In this document: positions 28,751-38,913 of the stretch, in pieces
Position numbering within the stretch: the first letter of the stretch is position 1
Layout: the number at the start of each line of letters is the position of its first letter
DNA from: a virus
Taxonomy: Duplodnaviria; Caudoviricetes
IMG/VR virus record: IMGVR_UViG_3300032030_002802
Coordinates: 64,001 to 128,000 of that record
Length of the DNA: 64,000 nucleotides
Strand: one strand, 5' to 3'
Position numbers and translations under genes: made by a program
The notes under the pieces: model-generated
Told to the model about the DNA's origin: nothing
What the model saw: the letters and a program-made list of their open reading frames with translations, nothing else
Databases searched by the model: none

Positions 28751-30934
28751 CTAGTTGAGGTCGATCACCGAGTCCATGTGCGGGATAACCGCACGCTCGT
28801 GCGTCGCCATCACGACCTGCGCGTTCATGTTGCGCGCGAGGTCCTTCGTCTTGGTCAGCAGCACGCCGAACCGGTCGACGTTGCTGTCGTCCAGGTACGC
28901 GGTCGGCTCGTCCAGTGACAGCAGCCCCAGCTTGCCGGCGAACATCGTGTAGATCGCGAGGCGGAACGCCACGGCCAGCTGCACCCGCTCGCCTCCGGAC
29001 AGCACGTCCGTTCCGGGCGGGTCCTCCGGCCTGTCGCGGCCGTCGGTGAACTGGACCCTGAATCCGAGCTGCTCCGTATCCGGTATCACTATGAACGGCG
29101 CCGTGAAGTTCCCGAGGAAGCGGTTGACGTCGTCCGTCAGCGCCTCCAGGGTCTGCGTCACGAGCACGCGCGGCCCGTTCGTGTAGTGGAACCAGTCCTT
29201 CACGTGCTCGACGACCTGCAGCCGCTTCGCGAGCTCGTCCTGCTCGGCCTGCGCCTTCCGCAGCGACTCGACGGTCTGCGCCATCGCGGCGATCGTGTTC
29301 GCCACCTCGTCGCGCGTGGCCGTGCTGCGCGTCACCGCCATCCGGAGCTCGGTGTGGCGGGCGCGGCGCCTGTCGGCCTCGGCCACGACCATCTCCATGG
29401 CGGAGCGGGCCTGTGACCAGTCCGCCGCGGCTTCCCTGCCGCAGAGCTTGACCGCCTCGGCCTCAGCCTCGTCGCGCCTTGCCTGCGCGGCCAGCAGGGC
29501 CTTGTCGGCCACCTGCGACCTTAGTTCCGCGTCGTGCACGGCCTGCTTGTGGCCGGTCGCCGCCGCGTCGTACGCGGCCTGGGCGGCCAGCTGCGCCTGC
29601 ACTTCCCCGAGGACACGCTCGACGGTCGCCTTGTCGACCTTCGGCGCCTCCAGGTTGGCCAGCGCGGCACGCTCCGCCTCGACGCGGGCGTTCAGCCTCG
29701 CGGACTCGCGGCCCCAGTTGTCGAGCGCCATGCGCCTGGCCGCCAGCTGCGAGCTGAGCGCGCTGGCCTTGCCGGCGAGGCCGGTCTCGCGGAGCCTCAG
29801 CGACGCGAGCTCGTCGCGCAGGCGCCGGGCCATGCCGGCGTCGAGCACCTTGCCGCACACGGGGCAGACGGACTCGTCGCCGTTGAGCACGCCGACGGAC
29901 TTGGCGCGGATGGCTATCTCCGAGCGCACCGTCGCAAGCTCGGCCGTGGCCGCGTCCAGCTCGGCGGACGCCCTGTCGACGTCCTCCTGCGTGCACGGCG
30001 GCTGTGGCAGCGCGGACAGGTTCCGCTGCGCGTCGGCCAGCCTGGACTGCCCGAGCTCGAGGGCGTGGATCTTGCGGAGCTCGTCCCTGAGGACGGCCTC
30101 CTGGCCAGTCAGCATCGCGCGGTCGTGGCCGGGGTCCGGGCCGAGGGCCGCCGCGGCTTGCCTGGCCTGCGCCTCGCCCTCCGCCGCCGCCCTGACGGCC
30201 TGCTCGCAGCTGACCACGGCCTCGCGCGCCTGCAGCACGGCGGACACCGCCGCTATCGCCCGCGACAGGTTGGCCGTGCGGGAGTCGTCGACCTCGCCGA
30301 ACTCGGCCAGGTCCCGCTCCGCCGCGCGCACCGCGTCGTCCAGCTCCGCCTTCCGGGCCTCCAGCTCGCCGAGCTTCTTCACGGCGTCGGTCAGCTGGAT
30401 GTCGTAGTTGAGCGGCTTGGTCGCGCCGTACAGCCAGTCGGTGAGGTTCTTGTGGATCTTGGCCGCGTCGATCCCGCGCAGCTTCTGGAACGCGACCTCG
30501 CGGTCCCGCTTGTCGGTCTTCGCCGAGATGATGGCGTCCACCTCCGTCTGCCGGACGAAGACCGACTGCTTGAGCAGGTCCCTGTCGACGTGCAGGCGGG
30601 TCTCCAGCTCCTTCGCCACGTTCGTTATGCCGGACGTGGTGACGCCGTCGTACTCGAGCGTCACCTTGTTGGAGGACACGGAGCGCTCGATGCGCCCGGG
30701 CTTCCCGTCCTGCTCGAACTCCAGCGTGACATGGCCCTCCTTCGCGCCCCAGTGGAGGAGTTCGGCCTTGTTCTTGCCGGGCTGCTCGCCGGTCAGGACG
30801 AACTGGAGGGCGCCGAGGAAGTTCGACTTCCCGACGCCGTTGTGCCCCACCACCGCGATGAGGTTTCCGACTACCGTGATCTCCCTGTGCTCGTGCTGGC
30901 AGTAGTTCACCAGCTCGATTTTCTTCAGGATCAT
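28751..30934 (-). CDS. sbcC: SbcC/Rad50-like ATPase
   Basis: GHNGVGKS, coiled coil with Zn-hook CPVC, LSGGE, LDEPT, ATH. Confidence 0.92.
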   Translation of the reverse strand: MILKKIELVNYCQHEHREITVVGNLIAVVGHNGVGKSNFLGALQFVLTGEQPGKNKAELLHWGAKEGHVTLEFEQDGKPGRIERSVSSNKVTLEYDGVTTSGITNVAKELETRLHVDRDLLKQSVFVRQTEVDAIISAKTDKRDREVAFQKLRGIDAAKIHKNLTDWLYGATKPLNYDIQLTDAVKKLGELEARKAELDDAVRAAERDLAEFGEVDDSRTANLSRAIAAVSAVLQAREAVVSCEQAVRAAAEGEAQARQAAAALGPDPGHDRAMLTGQEAVLRDELRKIHALELGQSRLADAQRNLSALPQPPCTQEDVDRASAELDAATAELATVRSEIAIRAKSVGVLNGDESVCPVCGKVLDAGMARRLRDELASLRLRETGLAGKASALSSQLAARRMALDNWGRESARLNARVEAERAALANLEAPKVDKATVERVLGEVQAQLAAQAAYDAAATGHKQAVHDAELRSQVADKALLAAQARRDEAEAEAVKLCGREAAADWSQARSAMEMVVAEADRRRARHTELRMAVTRSTATRDEVANTIAAMAQTVESLRKAQAEQDELAKRLQVVEHVKDWFHYTNGPRVLVTQTLEALTDDVNRFLGNFTAPFIVIPDTEQLGFRVQFTDGRDRPEDPPGTDVLSGGERVQLAVAFRLAIYTMFAGKLGLLSLDEPTAYLDDSNVDRFGVLLTKTKDLARNMNAQVVMATHERAVIPHMDSVIDLN

Positions 30935-31506
30935 TCCTGGTCTCCCCTGTTCCTCGACAGGACGCCGGTGCCCCAGGCGTCGCACTTCTTGTCTTCGCCG
31001 ATGACGGCGATGGTCACGGAGACGGTCCAGGGGGCGCGGGCGAACTTGGGGTCGGCGCGCTTCACGACCTTCGCGCCCTCGACGCGGGGCTGGACCTGGT
31101 AGCGGCGCGGGTCGGGGAACTGCGTCGCGCGGTACCAGAAGACCGACGGGTTGTTCAGGAAGTCCTTCGCGTCCGCCTCGGCCAGCGCCTTCACCGGGAA
31201 CGACCCCAGGTTGAGCGTGATCTCGTGCGGGGTCAGGCGCACGGAAGCGGGGGTGCGGTGGCGCGTGACGGCCGGGGCCTCGGCTGGCTTCTCGGGCGCT
31301 GCGGGCTTCTCGGCCTTCGCCGGCTTGGCCGGGGCCTTGGGCTTGGGGGCCTTCTTCGCTGGCGCGGGCGCGTCTGCGGCCTCGAGGCGCATGGCGTAGG
31401 CGTGCGCCAGCCCCTTGAGCAGCGTGGTGGCCTGCTTGAATTCCTCGAGCGCCCGCTCCAGGTGTTCCTGCGCGAGCTGCGCGGTGTTGGGTTTATTCTT
31501 GCTCAT
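30931..31506 (-). CDS. Hypothetical protein with Pro/Ala/Lys linker
   Basis: Coupled between sbcD and sbcC. Confidence 0.65.
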   Translation of the reverse strand: MSKNKPNTAQLAQEHLERALEEFKQATTLLKGLAHAYAMRLEAADAPAPAKKAPKPKAPAKPAKAEKPAAPEKPAEAPAVTRHRTPASVRLTPHEITLNLGSFPVKALAEADAKDFLNNPSVFWYRATQFPDPRRYQVQPRVEGAKVVKRADPKFARAPWTVSVTIAVIGEDKKCDAWGTGVLSRNRGDQE

Positions 31507-32582
31507 TTCTGCTTCTCCTTTACGTACTTGTCCATTATTTCCTTTGCCCGTTCCGGGTTGTCAATGACCTGGGCTATGAGCGCGGCCTCGTCCGTGTCCG
31601 GCGGGAAGAACCTGCCGATCGCGTCCTTCAGCCCGATCATCACCCGCGCCTTGCCGGACTGCTCCTCCAGCGCCTTGCTGCCGTACGGGAGGATCCGGTA
31701 TAGCCTGTCCTTGAGGAGCTCCTCGACGCGCGTTATCGGCTTGCCTGGGGCCGACAGGTTGACCTTCACGAGCCAGAACGTGTCCGGGTCGTTGAGGACC
31801 GGGGCCAGCTTCGCGTCTATCGCCTCCGCGGAGTCGACGTCGACGACCTCGAACCTGCGGGTGTCCAGCGCCAGGGAGTCGCGCATGTACGGCTGTCCGT
31901 GCGCGGAGTGTTCGGCGGCGTGGACGACGTCCACGTACTTCGGGCCGAGCTCTGAGATGTCGTTCATCTCCGTGCTGCCGGGATACCGGTATATCCGCCC
32001 CGCCCCGGTGCTCGTGCCCACGGCGTTGTGGATGTGGCCGAGCGCGACGTACCCGACGTTCAGCGCGTCGAGGTACGGCTCCAGGTCGCGCAGGCTCAGG
32101 GCCGTTGAGTACGCCGTCATCTCGGCGATCTCCATGTGGAGGGCGAGCACGCCGCCCTTCAGGTCCAGCTTGCGCTCCTGCATCGCCTTCAGCTTCTCGA
32201 CGAGCTGCTGCGTGTGGCAGAAGTCGATTCCCGCGAACATCACGCCGTCGACGTTGACCCCGTTCGGCACGTCCTGCTCGAGCGGGATGAACCCGCATAG
32301 CCGCGCCCACCGCCCGTTGGCCATGTCGTGGTTCCCGTCGATCGCCAGCACTATTATGTTGGCGTCCGCCATCTTGCGCCCGAACTCGCGGGCGGCCTGG
32401 ACGGCGCTCGCCGGCGGCCGGTAGTTGTCGAACATGTCGCCGGCCACCACTACTGCGCTCACCTGCTCCCGCACCGCGATGTCCGCGATCTGGTTGAGGG
32501 GCCTGAGGAAGTCCTCCTCTCGAACCCGCATGCCGTACTGCCTGTAGCCCAGGTGCCAGTCGGCCGTATGTAGGAATTTCAT
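31503..32582 (-). CDS. sbcD: SbcD/Mre11-like nuclease
   Basis: HTADWHLG, AGDMFD, GNHD, LGHIH, YPGS. Confidence 0.93.
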   Translation of the reverse strand: MKFLHTADWHLGYRQYGMRVREEDFLRPLNQIADIAVREQVSAVVVAGDMFDNYRPPASAVQAAREFGRKMADANIIVLAIDGNHDMANGRWARLCGFIPLEQDVPNGVNVDGVMFAGIDFCHTQQLVEKLKAMQERKLDLKGGVLALHMEIAEMTAYSTALSLRDLEPYLDALNVGYVALGHIHNAVGTSTGAGRIYRYPGSTEMNDISELGPKYVDVVHAAEHSAHGQPYMRDSLALDTRRFEVVDVDSAEAIDAKLAPVLNDPDTFWLVKVNLSAPGKPITRVEELLKDRLYRILPYGSKALEEQSGKARVMIGLKDAIGRFFPPDTDEAALIAQVIDNPERAKEIMDKYVKEKQK

Positions 32583-33599
32583 GTTTCGTCTATTGCCTCT
32601 TGTTGGGTCGTTTGTTCCAGTTCCGGCGTCGTTTCCCGCGCCTGCTGGCCGGACAGGCCTAGCTGCCCGAGCAGCGCGATGAATGCGAGCGCCCTGGGCG
32701 TCGACGCGCACATCGCCTTCTCGACGGCGTCCAGCGCCTCCACCGAGTCCAGCTGCAGGTAGTACTCGCAGGCCACGCGCACGTCGAGGTCCCCGAGCGA
32801 CCCGACGGCGGCGTCGTTGCGGTACGACCTGCGCGTGCGGTAGATCGTCACGGACGCGACCGGCTGGCAGTAAGGGCCGAACTCGGCGCGCAGCACCACT
32901 TTCGGGTAGTCGCGGTGCCCGTCGCGGCTGAATCCGACGAACTTCTCGACCTCGAACGAGCGCCGGCCCGCGGCGCCGGCCTTCTCGATCTCGGCGACCA
33001 GCTCCGCCACCCCCGGCGTCGTCGGGGCGTATTCGGACGGTACGATGGCCAGCGCGCTCATCTGGCCTCCTTCGACAGTGCGCCTGTTGGCGGCTCCTTG
33101 GACGAGTTCATGAGCTCGAGCGCGTCGGCGATCCGCGTGAGCTGCGTCGCGATGTTCCGCAGCTGCGCCTGGACCACGGCCCAGAACTGCAGCTCTCCGC
33201 TGCACGGCACCCCCATCACTGCACCTCCTGCGGCTGCGCCTCTTCCGGCTGTTCGGATGCCTCACCCTGCTCGGAGTCCTGCTCGGAGTCCTGCTCGCCC
33301 TGTTCGCCCTGTTCGCCATGCGCGTGTTTGTTCTGCACGTCCTTCCTGGCCGCTTCCTCCTCTTCGGCCCTGCGCTTCTCATCGGCCTCACAGGCGAGTC
33401 GCAGCACGGCGTCGTACAGCGCGGGGACCATGTTCTCCGCTATTATGCGGATCAGCCCCTCGGTCTGCGTGAGGAAGTCCTGCTTCGCCACTCCGGCGTC
33501 CGAGCCGTATACGGACGCGTCGAGGGTGACCTTCCCGGTCGTCGACTTCGAGATCTTCCCGTCGTCGCTCGTCACTGTTGCTTGGATTGACAGTTCCAT
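32579..33599 (-). CDS. Hypothetical genes (32579-33061, a short ORF near 33058-33216, 33216-33599)
   Basis: Coupled ORFs. Confidence 0.55.
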
Positions 33600-33610
33600 G
33601 TTTCCTCTCC

Positions 33611-34282
33611 TTATGCTGGCAGCCCTTCCACGTTCCAGTCGCAGCCGGCCCCGTCCCCGAGGTCCGCCGACCAGTCGTCCCTGTCCAGCCTGGCGTCCGG
33701 GTGCTTGGCCGCGTAGGCCTCCATGTCGGCCTCAAGCGCGGAGATGGCGCGGGTGCGGCTCCCGTAGACGCCCATCACGCGGGCCTTCCCGTCGCAGGTG
33801 TCCCCCCGGTCGACGTAGGTCACGATCCAGCGCCGGGCCGCGTCGTGCTGGTCCGGGCCGACCGTCATGAGGTGCACGCCCCACGCGTCGGCCGTTTCCG
33901 GCGGCAGCGGCTCGAACTCGCGGCCCATCTTGGCCACCACGGCCGGCGGCACGTAGTGGATGTTGCCGTAGTCGCCGTGGCACTCCACGACCGTCACGTC
34001 GTAGCCAAGCCCCTTCCCGGTCTCGACGTAGCGTCGGACCTGCTCCAGCCTTGCGTTAGTCGCGGTGACGGCCACGCACTGTATGTCGAGCACGCTCATC
34101 GCGTACCCCAGCAGCCAGTCTGTCTTCTGGTAGACTTCGTCGTTCTTCGACGAGTCGAAGACGTATTTCCTGTCAGCGTCGTAGCGGAACATGTCCGGCT
34201 CGACGACCAGCGCGGCCAGCTTGTTGGCAAGCGTAGACTTGCCGCTCCCGGGGAGGCCCCGGAAGACGTATAGTTTCTTCAT
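33611..34282 (-). CDS. P-loop kinase (polynucleotide-kinase/AAA_33-like) with C-terminal extension
   Basis: VFRGLPGSGKSTLA; NIHYVP. Confidence 0.8.
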   Translation of the reverse strand: MKKLYVFRGLPGSGKSTLANKLAALVVEPDMFRYDADRKYVFDSSKNDEVYQKTDWLLGYAMSVLDIQCVAVTATNARLEQVRRYVETGKGLGYDVTVVECHGDYGNIHYVPPAVVAKMGREFEPLPPETADAWGVHLMTVGPDQHDAARRWIVTYVDRGDTCDGKARVMGVYGSRTRAISALEADMEAYAAKHPDARLDRDDWSADLGDGAGCDWNVEGLPA

Positions 34283-34583
34283 CTATTGTCCTTTCTACCG
34301 TCAGACGTACGGCGCCCAGTCCTTGAGGGTCTGGGACGTCCGGCGCGTCGACAGCGTTGTTTTGAGCCCGTAGCGGGGGACGTACGTCATGGCGTACAGC
34401 CTTGCAGGCTTGTGCTCGCCGCGGCGCAGGCGTCCCCAGCCACCGAGCTCCCTGACACGCATGAACAACCTGGGTGACTTGCTTCTCATAGGCTTATCGC
34501 GGGCCGGACGCGGACGACGCGGCCGGACGGGGCCACCGCCTCGACCGTGTCTTCCAGCTCCAGATCCGCTATCCGTTCCATGT

Positions 34584-34598
34584 GATTTGTGGTATAAT
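34584..34598 (+). promoter_or_regulatory. Extended -10 promoter for the terminase
   Basis: GATTTGTGGTATAAT. Confidence 0.6.
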
Positions 34599-34658
34599 AG
34601 TTTTCCGTGGGCCCCGACCTGGTGCCCTCCGACTCGAATAATTGTACCAAAGATCGCC

Positions 34659-36485
34659 ATGACTGAGAAGCCTGTTCCAGCAACAATCCAGCCACCGGAT
34701 TTCTCCGGGGGTCATACGCCGTCAGTATCATCGCGAGGAGTTTCTCCATCGTTCTCTTCCGATGATCTCGCCTGTATTGGTGACTACCTATCTTCCGAGA
34801 TAGGCAAAAAGGAGTGCAAGGCGATCCGGCGCGGGGACCTGCTCCCGTACCTGTTCAAGCTGCGCGGCGAGCCGATGTCCCTGAAGGACCACATCCAGTT
34901 CCACGCGATGTACGCCAACGAGTACGTGGCCGACACCATCTTCATGTGCGGCCGGCAAGTCGGGAAAAGCCTTAACCTCTCCCGCATAGAGACCCTGGAC
35001 GGCCTGTCGCAGCCGGAGCTCCAGATCCTGTACGTGGCCCCGCTCCAGTCGCAGGCGTACAGGTACTCGAACCTGTACCTCACAGAGGCGATCAAGTCGT
35101 GCGAGCTCGCCCGCATAAACCAGATGAAGGCGCTCGAGGGGGTGTGGTCGAACTCGAAGATCCTCACGTCGATAGGCCACCAGACGTTCGCGAACGGCTC
35201 GGGCATACAGCTGACGTACGCCAAGACCTCCCCGGACCGCGCCCGCGGCATCTACGCCGACGTGATCGACTTCGACGAGGTGCAGGACCAGCTCACCGAC
35301 AACATCCCGATCATCTCGCAGTCCACGAAGGCCTCCAAGTGGGGCATACGCCGGTTCACCGGCACGGCCAAGACGTCCGACAACACGATCGAGGCCCTCT
35401 GGCAGAACTCGTCGAAGTGCGAATGGGCGATGAAGTGCCCGCACTGCAACTCGTGGAACATCCCCACGATGGAATACCGCGTCCTGGACATGATCCAGGC
35501 CGACGGGATGCACTGCGTCGAGTGCGGCGGCAAGCTGGACGTCCGGCGCGGCGAGTGGGTGCCCGAGGAGAAGACGCGCATGCGCACGTTCCGTGGCTAC
35601 CACATCCCGCAGGTCATACTGCCGTTCCACGCCGAGAACATGGACAACTGGGGCAAGATCATCCGCGACGTGATGTCGCTGCCGATACCGGTGATCCTGC
35701 AGGAGATCCTCGGGATAAGCTGCTCCCAGGGCCAGCGTATCATCGACCAGCGCATCATCGACCGCCAGTCCGTGCTCCCGGACGTGCATACGCTGCAGGG
35801 CGAGCTGCACCGCTACCTGTTCACGGTTGGCGGCCTCGACTGGGGCGGCGCCGAGCAGGTGTCGTTCACGGTCCACACCGTCCTCGGCGTGTGCCCGGAC
35901 GGCACGCTCGATGTCATATGGGCCAAGCGCTACCAGGGATTCGACCCCGACGAGATGCTCTCGGACATCGCGAAGGTGCACGCCTTCTACGGCTGCAGGG
36001 CGCTCGCGGCCGACTACGGCATGGGCTTCGACAAGAACGTCATGCTGGAGACCCGGTTCGGGCTCCCGGTCATCCAGATCCAGCTCTGCCGCCAGAACTC
36101 GCTCCTGAACTACAGCCCGGCGCTCGGGCACCCGCGCTGGATGGTCGACAAGACCACCGCGCTGGACCTCATGTTCATGGGAATCAAGTACGGGCGGATG
36201 CGTTTCCCGCCGAAAGAGCTGTTCGAGAGCTTCACGCGCGACCTCCTGTCGCCCTATGAAGAGGTGGTCGACACCGGCGAGTTCGCCCACAGGCGCTTCG
36301 TCCGCGACCCGTCGCGCCCCGACGACTTCGCCATGGCCCTCTGCTTCGGCACGATGCTCGCCATGAAGCTCCAGCACTCCGGAATCACGGACATCATACC
36401 GCGGAACGCCATGCCGGTGAAGCCTGGACGTCCCGAGTTCACGATCCTGGACCCGACGGAGATCGTGAAGGCCCTAAGTGGCTGA
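34659..36485 (+). CDS. terL: Terminase large subunit (GpA-like); start uncertain
   Basis: Walker A GRQVGKS, Walker B DFDEVQD, GTAK, CPHC/CVEC Zn motif, nuclease GLDWG and DDFAMA. Confidence 0.9.
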   Translation: MTEKPVPATIQPPDFSGGHTPSVSSRGVSPSFSSDDLACIGDYLSSEIGKKECKAIRRGDLLPYLFKLRGEPMSLKDHIQFHAMYANEYVADTIFMCGRQVGKSLNLSRIETLDGLSQPELQILYVAPLQSQAYRYSNLYLTEAIKSCELARINQMKALEGVWSNSKILTSIGHQTFANGSGIQLTYAKTSPDRARGIYADVIDFDEVQDQLTDNIPIISQSTKASKWGIRRFTGTAKTSDNTIEALWQNSSKCEWAMKCPHCNSWNIPTMEYRVLDMIQADGMHCVECGGKLDVRRGEWVPEEKTRMRTFRGYHIPQVILPFHAENMDNWGKIIRDVMSLPIPVILQEILGISCSQGQRIIDQRIIDRQSVLPDVHTLQGELHRYLFTVGGLDWGGAEQVSFTVHTVLGVCPDGTLDVIWAKRYQGFDPDEMLSDIAKVHAFYGCRALAADYGMGFDKNVMLETRFGLPVIQIQLCRQNSLLNYSPALGHPRWMVDKTTALDLMFMGIKYGRMRFPPKELFESFTRDLLSPYEEVVDTGEFAHRRFVRDPSRPDDFAMALCFGTMLAMKLQHSGITDIIPRNAMPVKPGRPEFTILDPTEIVKALSG

Positions 36486-36689
36486 CGGATAGGCCGGCTG
36501 TTCGCCCTCGAAAGGCATCTCCAGCACCACCTCGTTCTCGCAGCCGAACGGTTCCGCCTGCAGCGAGATGGACTCGAGCCGCCCGTTCTTCCCGAACCCG
36601 ACGCCGAGGACGACTTCGATGTCCCCGCCCTCGCCCGGATTCCTGTTTTTTATGTCCTGCAGTGCGCCTAGGCACTCGTCTATGGTCAT
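36474..36689 (-). CDS. Small hypothetical protein
   Basis: AAGGAGG RBS, MTIDECL... Confidence 0.6.
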   Translation of the reverse strand: MTIDECLGALQDIKNRNPGEGGDIEVVLGVGFGKNGRLESISLQAEPFGCENEVVLEMPFEGEQPAYPSAT

Positions 36690-36743
36690 TTCAGCCCTCC
36701 TTTTCGGCTGTATGCTAAGGAAAAGTTCACGAACCAGCGGAAA

Positions 36744-36860
36744 CCGGTTGCCGGATCGCCACACCACAAGTACCTGCGTACCCGTAGTGTGGCGATCTTT
36801 GCGCCTCTACATGCCCTTTCGGACACGTAATTGCGCTCCAACGACGTTTATAACGCCGTT
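36744..36860 (-). ncRNA. Candidate structured RNA (cis-regulatory or small RNA)
   Basis: Consecutive hairpins whose G-U pairs work only on the minus strand; one is capped by GAAA. Confidence 0.45.
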
Positions 36861-37174
36861 TTTGGCTCTTTTTCAGCCATTTCGACGTGCTGACGCCTGT
36901 CTGGTTCGTCCGAGTCGAGCCGAATCTTCGCAATTTCGGCCCGAACCCGCCAGAGCTCGACGAGGTGCGGCGCCGACCTGGTTATACGCCAGAATCTGGC
37001 GTTCTCCGCCGGTGGCAGATCGTCGATCGCCACCATCATTCGGCGACATTCGATTACCGTCTTCCGGTCGATGAACGCTTTTGGCGTCATCAGCACGACG
37101 CCAACGGCGAATCCGGCGATCAGCCCGGCAATCAGGCCAGTGCAGGCGAGCCAGATTTTGTCCTTCTTTTCCAT
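36848..37174 (-). CDS. Single-TM membrane protein in a low-GC island
   Basis: MEKKDKIWLACTGLIAGLIAGFAVGVVLM; AAGGAG RBS; TATAAT at 37271-37266. Confidence 0.6.
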   Translation of the reverse strand: MEKKDKIWLACTGLIAGLIAGFAVGVVLMTPKAFIDRKTVIECRRMMVAIDDLPPAENARFWRITRSAPHLVELWRVRAEIAKIRLDSDEPDRRQHVEMAEKEPKTAL

Positions 37175-37276
37175 TGTTTGCTCCTTTTTTGGCTGTTTTG
37201 GTGGAAATTTCACCGCGGACACGCCTTTTTTGCGCATCCGCGGCCGGTAATTCATCCCGTTATTCATTATAACGGC

Positions 37277-37299
37277 AAAAAAGGCGTTTTTCACCGCCC
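37277..37299 (-). terminator. Putative intrinsic terminator
   Basis: GGCG-GTGAAAAA-CGCC-TTTTTT right after the stop at 37299. Confidence 0.45.
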
Positions 37300-38912
37300 T
37301 ATGGGAGCTTCGAGGGCACGCTGATGGCCCTGAACGTGCGGTTCGTGAGGGGTGTTATGCTGTTGATTATCGCATTGACCTTGTTGCGGAGCGTCGCAAT
37401 ATCGCTGTCTTTGTGGACTTTCCACGTGTCCGTCGCGCTGTCCCACGCCTGCAGTGCGAGTATTGCGTCGTGAAACCCGTCCGCACGCCCCTCGAGGTCG
37501 GAAATGTCCCCTTGCATGCCGCTTATGTCTCTGCGAATCGCGGTATCCGCGCTGGTGAGGTCGCGCAGGCTCACCTCATGCTCCGCGTGGCGGGCTTCGA
37601 GGAGGGTAATGCGGTTCGTGGCGCCGTCGATCCTGCCGGAGAGGTTCGATTCGCGTGCAAGCGCGGCCTCGTTGGCCCGCGCCACGGCCGTGCCGATCAC
37701 GTCGTTCGTAGTCGCCCCGAGCCGCTCGTCCACGACGTCGCCGGCCTGTGCACGGGCTACCCCCGGAACGCTGTCCCGCAGTTCGCCAAGGCCGTTCGCG
37801 AACTCCCCGCGCAGCGTATCGCGGAGCGTCGTGTCCGCCGTCGCGTAGCCGGTACGCACCCCGGCCACCGACGCGGTGAGCGTCGCCACGTCGCCCGTGT
37901 GCCGCGTGTCGAGGTTTCCCAGCGCGGTCTCCAGTCCGGAGACGCTTGCCATGACGAGGCGCAGCTGCGTGTCCCAGTTCGAGTCCACGGCGTTGATGTC
38001 CTCGGACAACCCCGCCACGGCCCGCGCGAAGTTGTTGGAGAGCGCGTTGTCGGCCGTGGTCCTGGCCGTGCGTTCGGCGTCCACGAGGCCGACTATGTCT
38101 GCGTCGGCCGTCTCGAGGGCCGCCATTGCGGCGTATACCGCGTTCGTCGCGTCCGCAACGTCGGACAGGTGCGCGATCGTGTTCGTGGCCGCGCCGTCCA
38201 CGACCACGCCCCGTGCCCCGGACATGACGATCTTGCGGCCGCCGTCGCCAACGAGGGCCGTCGCCTCGGGCGCCGTCGGGTAGCCGGCGTACCGGTCGAC
38301 GTGGGTGAGCGTGGACGCGCCGATGCGGGACGCCATGTCCATGCGCGTCACGGTGGCGGCGGACGCGGACCCGGCGAGGGCGTCTATGGCCGTCGCGTAG
38401 AGGCGGATGTTCACGCGTCCGCCGTTGACGGTGAGCGTGCCGACCCGCAGCCCGTGCAGGTCGAGCGTCGTGTCAGCCGACGAACCGGCGGCCGTGACCG
38501 TAAGGCTGGTGATCCGGACCTGCCAGCCCGTGCCGAAAAGCGTCAGGATGCGCCCCGACGCGACCGTGCCGGTGCCGGAGTAGCTGCCGGGGGCCATCAG
38601 GAGCGCCGAGTCGGCGGCCATGTGCCCCAGCGCGTGCGCCAGCGTGCTGAACGGGTACTGCGGGGACCCGTTCCCCTGCGTCGGCGCCCCGGCCGCGGCG
38701 TAGTACAGCCTCGCGATGGGCTGCGAGGCCCAGTCCGCGACAGGCGGGAGGAGCGTGGCGGACAGCAGGCCGTTCGTGCCGGTGCGCGGGAGCATCCGGG
38801 CGTATCTCGGGCTGCCGCCGGTCTCCGTGACGCCGTCGGCGTCGATCCTGTCCAGGCCTGCATGGGCCGCCATTGCGGCCAGCAATGCCGCTATCGTCAT
38901 GAGTTTGTGCAT
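37299..38912 (-). CDS. Putative fibre/adhesin-like protein (signal-peptide-like N-terminus, beta-helix start, coiled coil)
   Basis: MHKLMTIAALLAAMAAHA; GNGSPQYPFSTLAHAL...APGSY; heptad-rich C-half. Confidence 0.6.
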   Translation of the reverse strand: MHKLMTIAALLAAMAAHAGLDRIDADGVTETGGSPRYARMLPRTGTNGLLSATLLPPVADWASQPIARLYYAAAGAPTQGNGSPQYPFSTLAHALGHMAADSALLMAPGSYSGTGTVASGRILTLFGTGWQVRITSLTVTAAGSSADTTLDLHGLRVGTLTVNGGRVNIRLYATAIDALAGSASAATVTRMDMASRIGASTLTHVDRYAGYPTAPEATALVGDGGRKIVMSGARGVVVDGAATNTIAHLSDVADATNAVYAAMAALETADADIVGLVDAERTARTTADNALSNNFARAVAGLSEDINAVDSNWDTQLRLVMASVSGLETALGNLDTRHTGDVATLTASVAGVRTGYATADTTLRDTLRGEFANGLGELRDSVPGVARAQAGDVVDERLGATTNDVIGTAVARANEAALARESNLSGRIDGATNRITLLEARHAEHEVSLRDLTSADTAIRRDISGMQGDISDLEGRADGFHDAILALQAWDSATDTWKVHKDSDIATLRNKVNAIINSITPLTNRTFRAISVPSKLP

Positions 38913-38913
38913 G

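Noticed and set aside
34486-34749. 87-aa minus-strand ORF overlapping the terminase promoter and start
   Set aside because: Could be real, but it overlaps the terminase 5' region antisense and has no motif. It cannot be resolved without homology.
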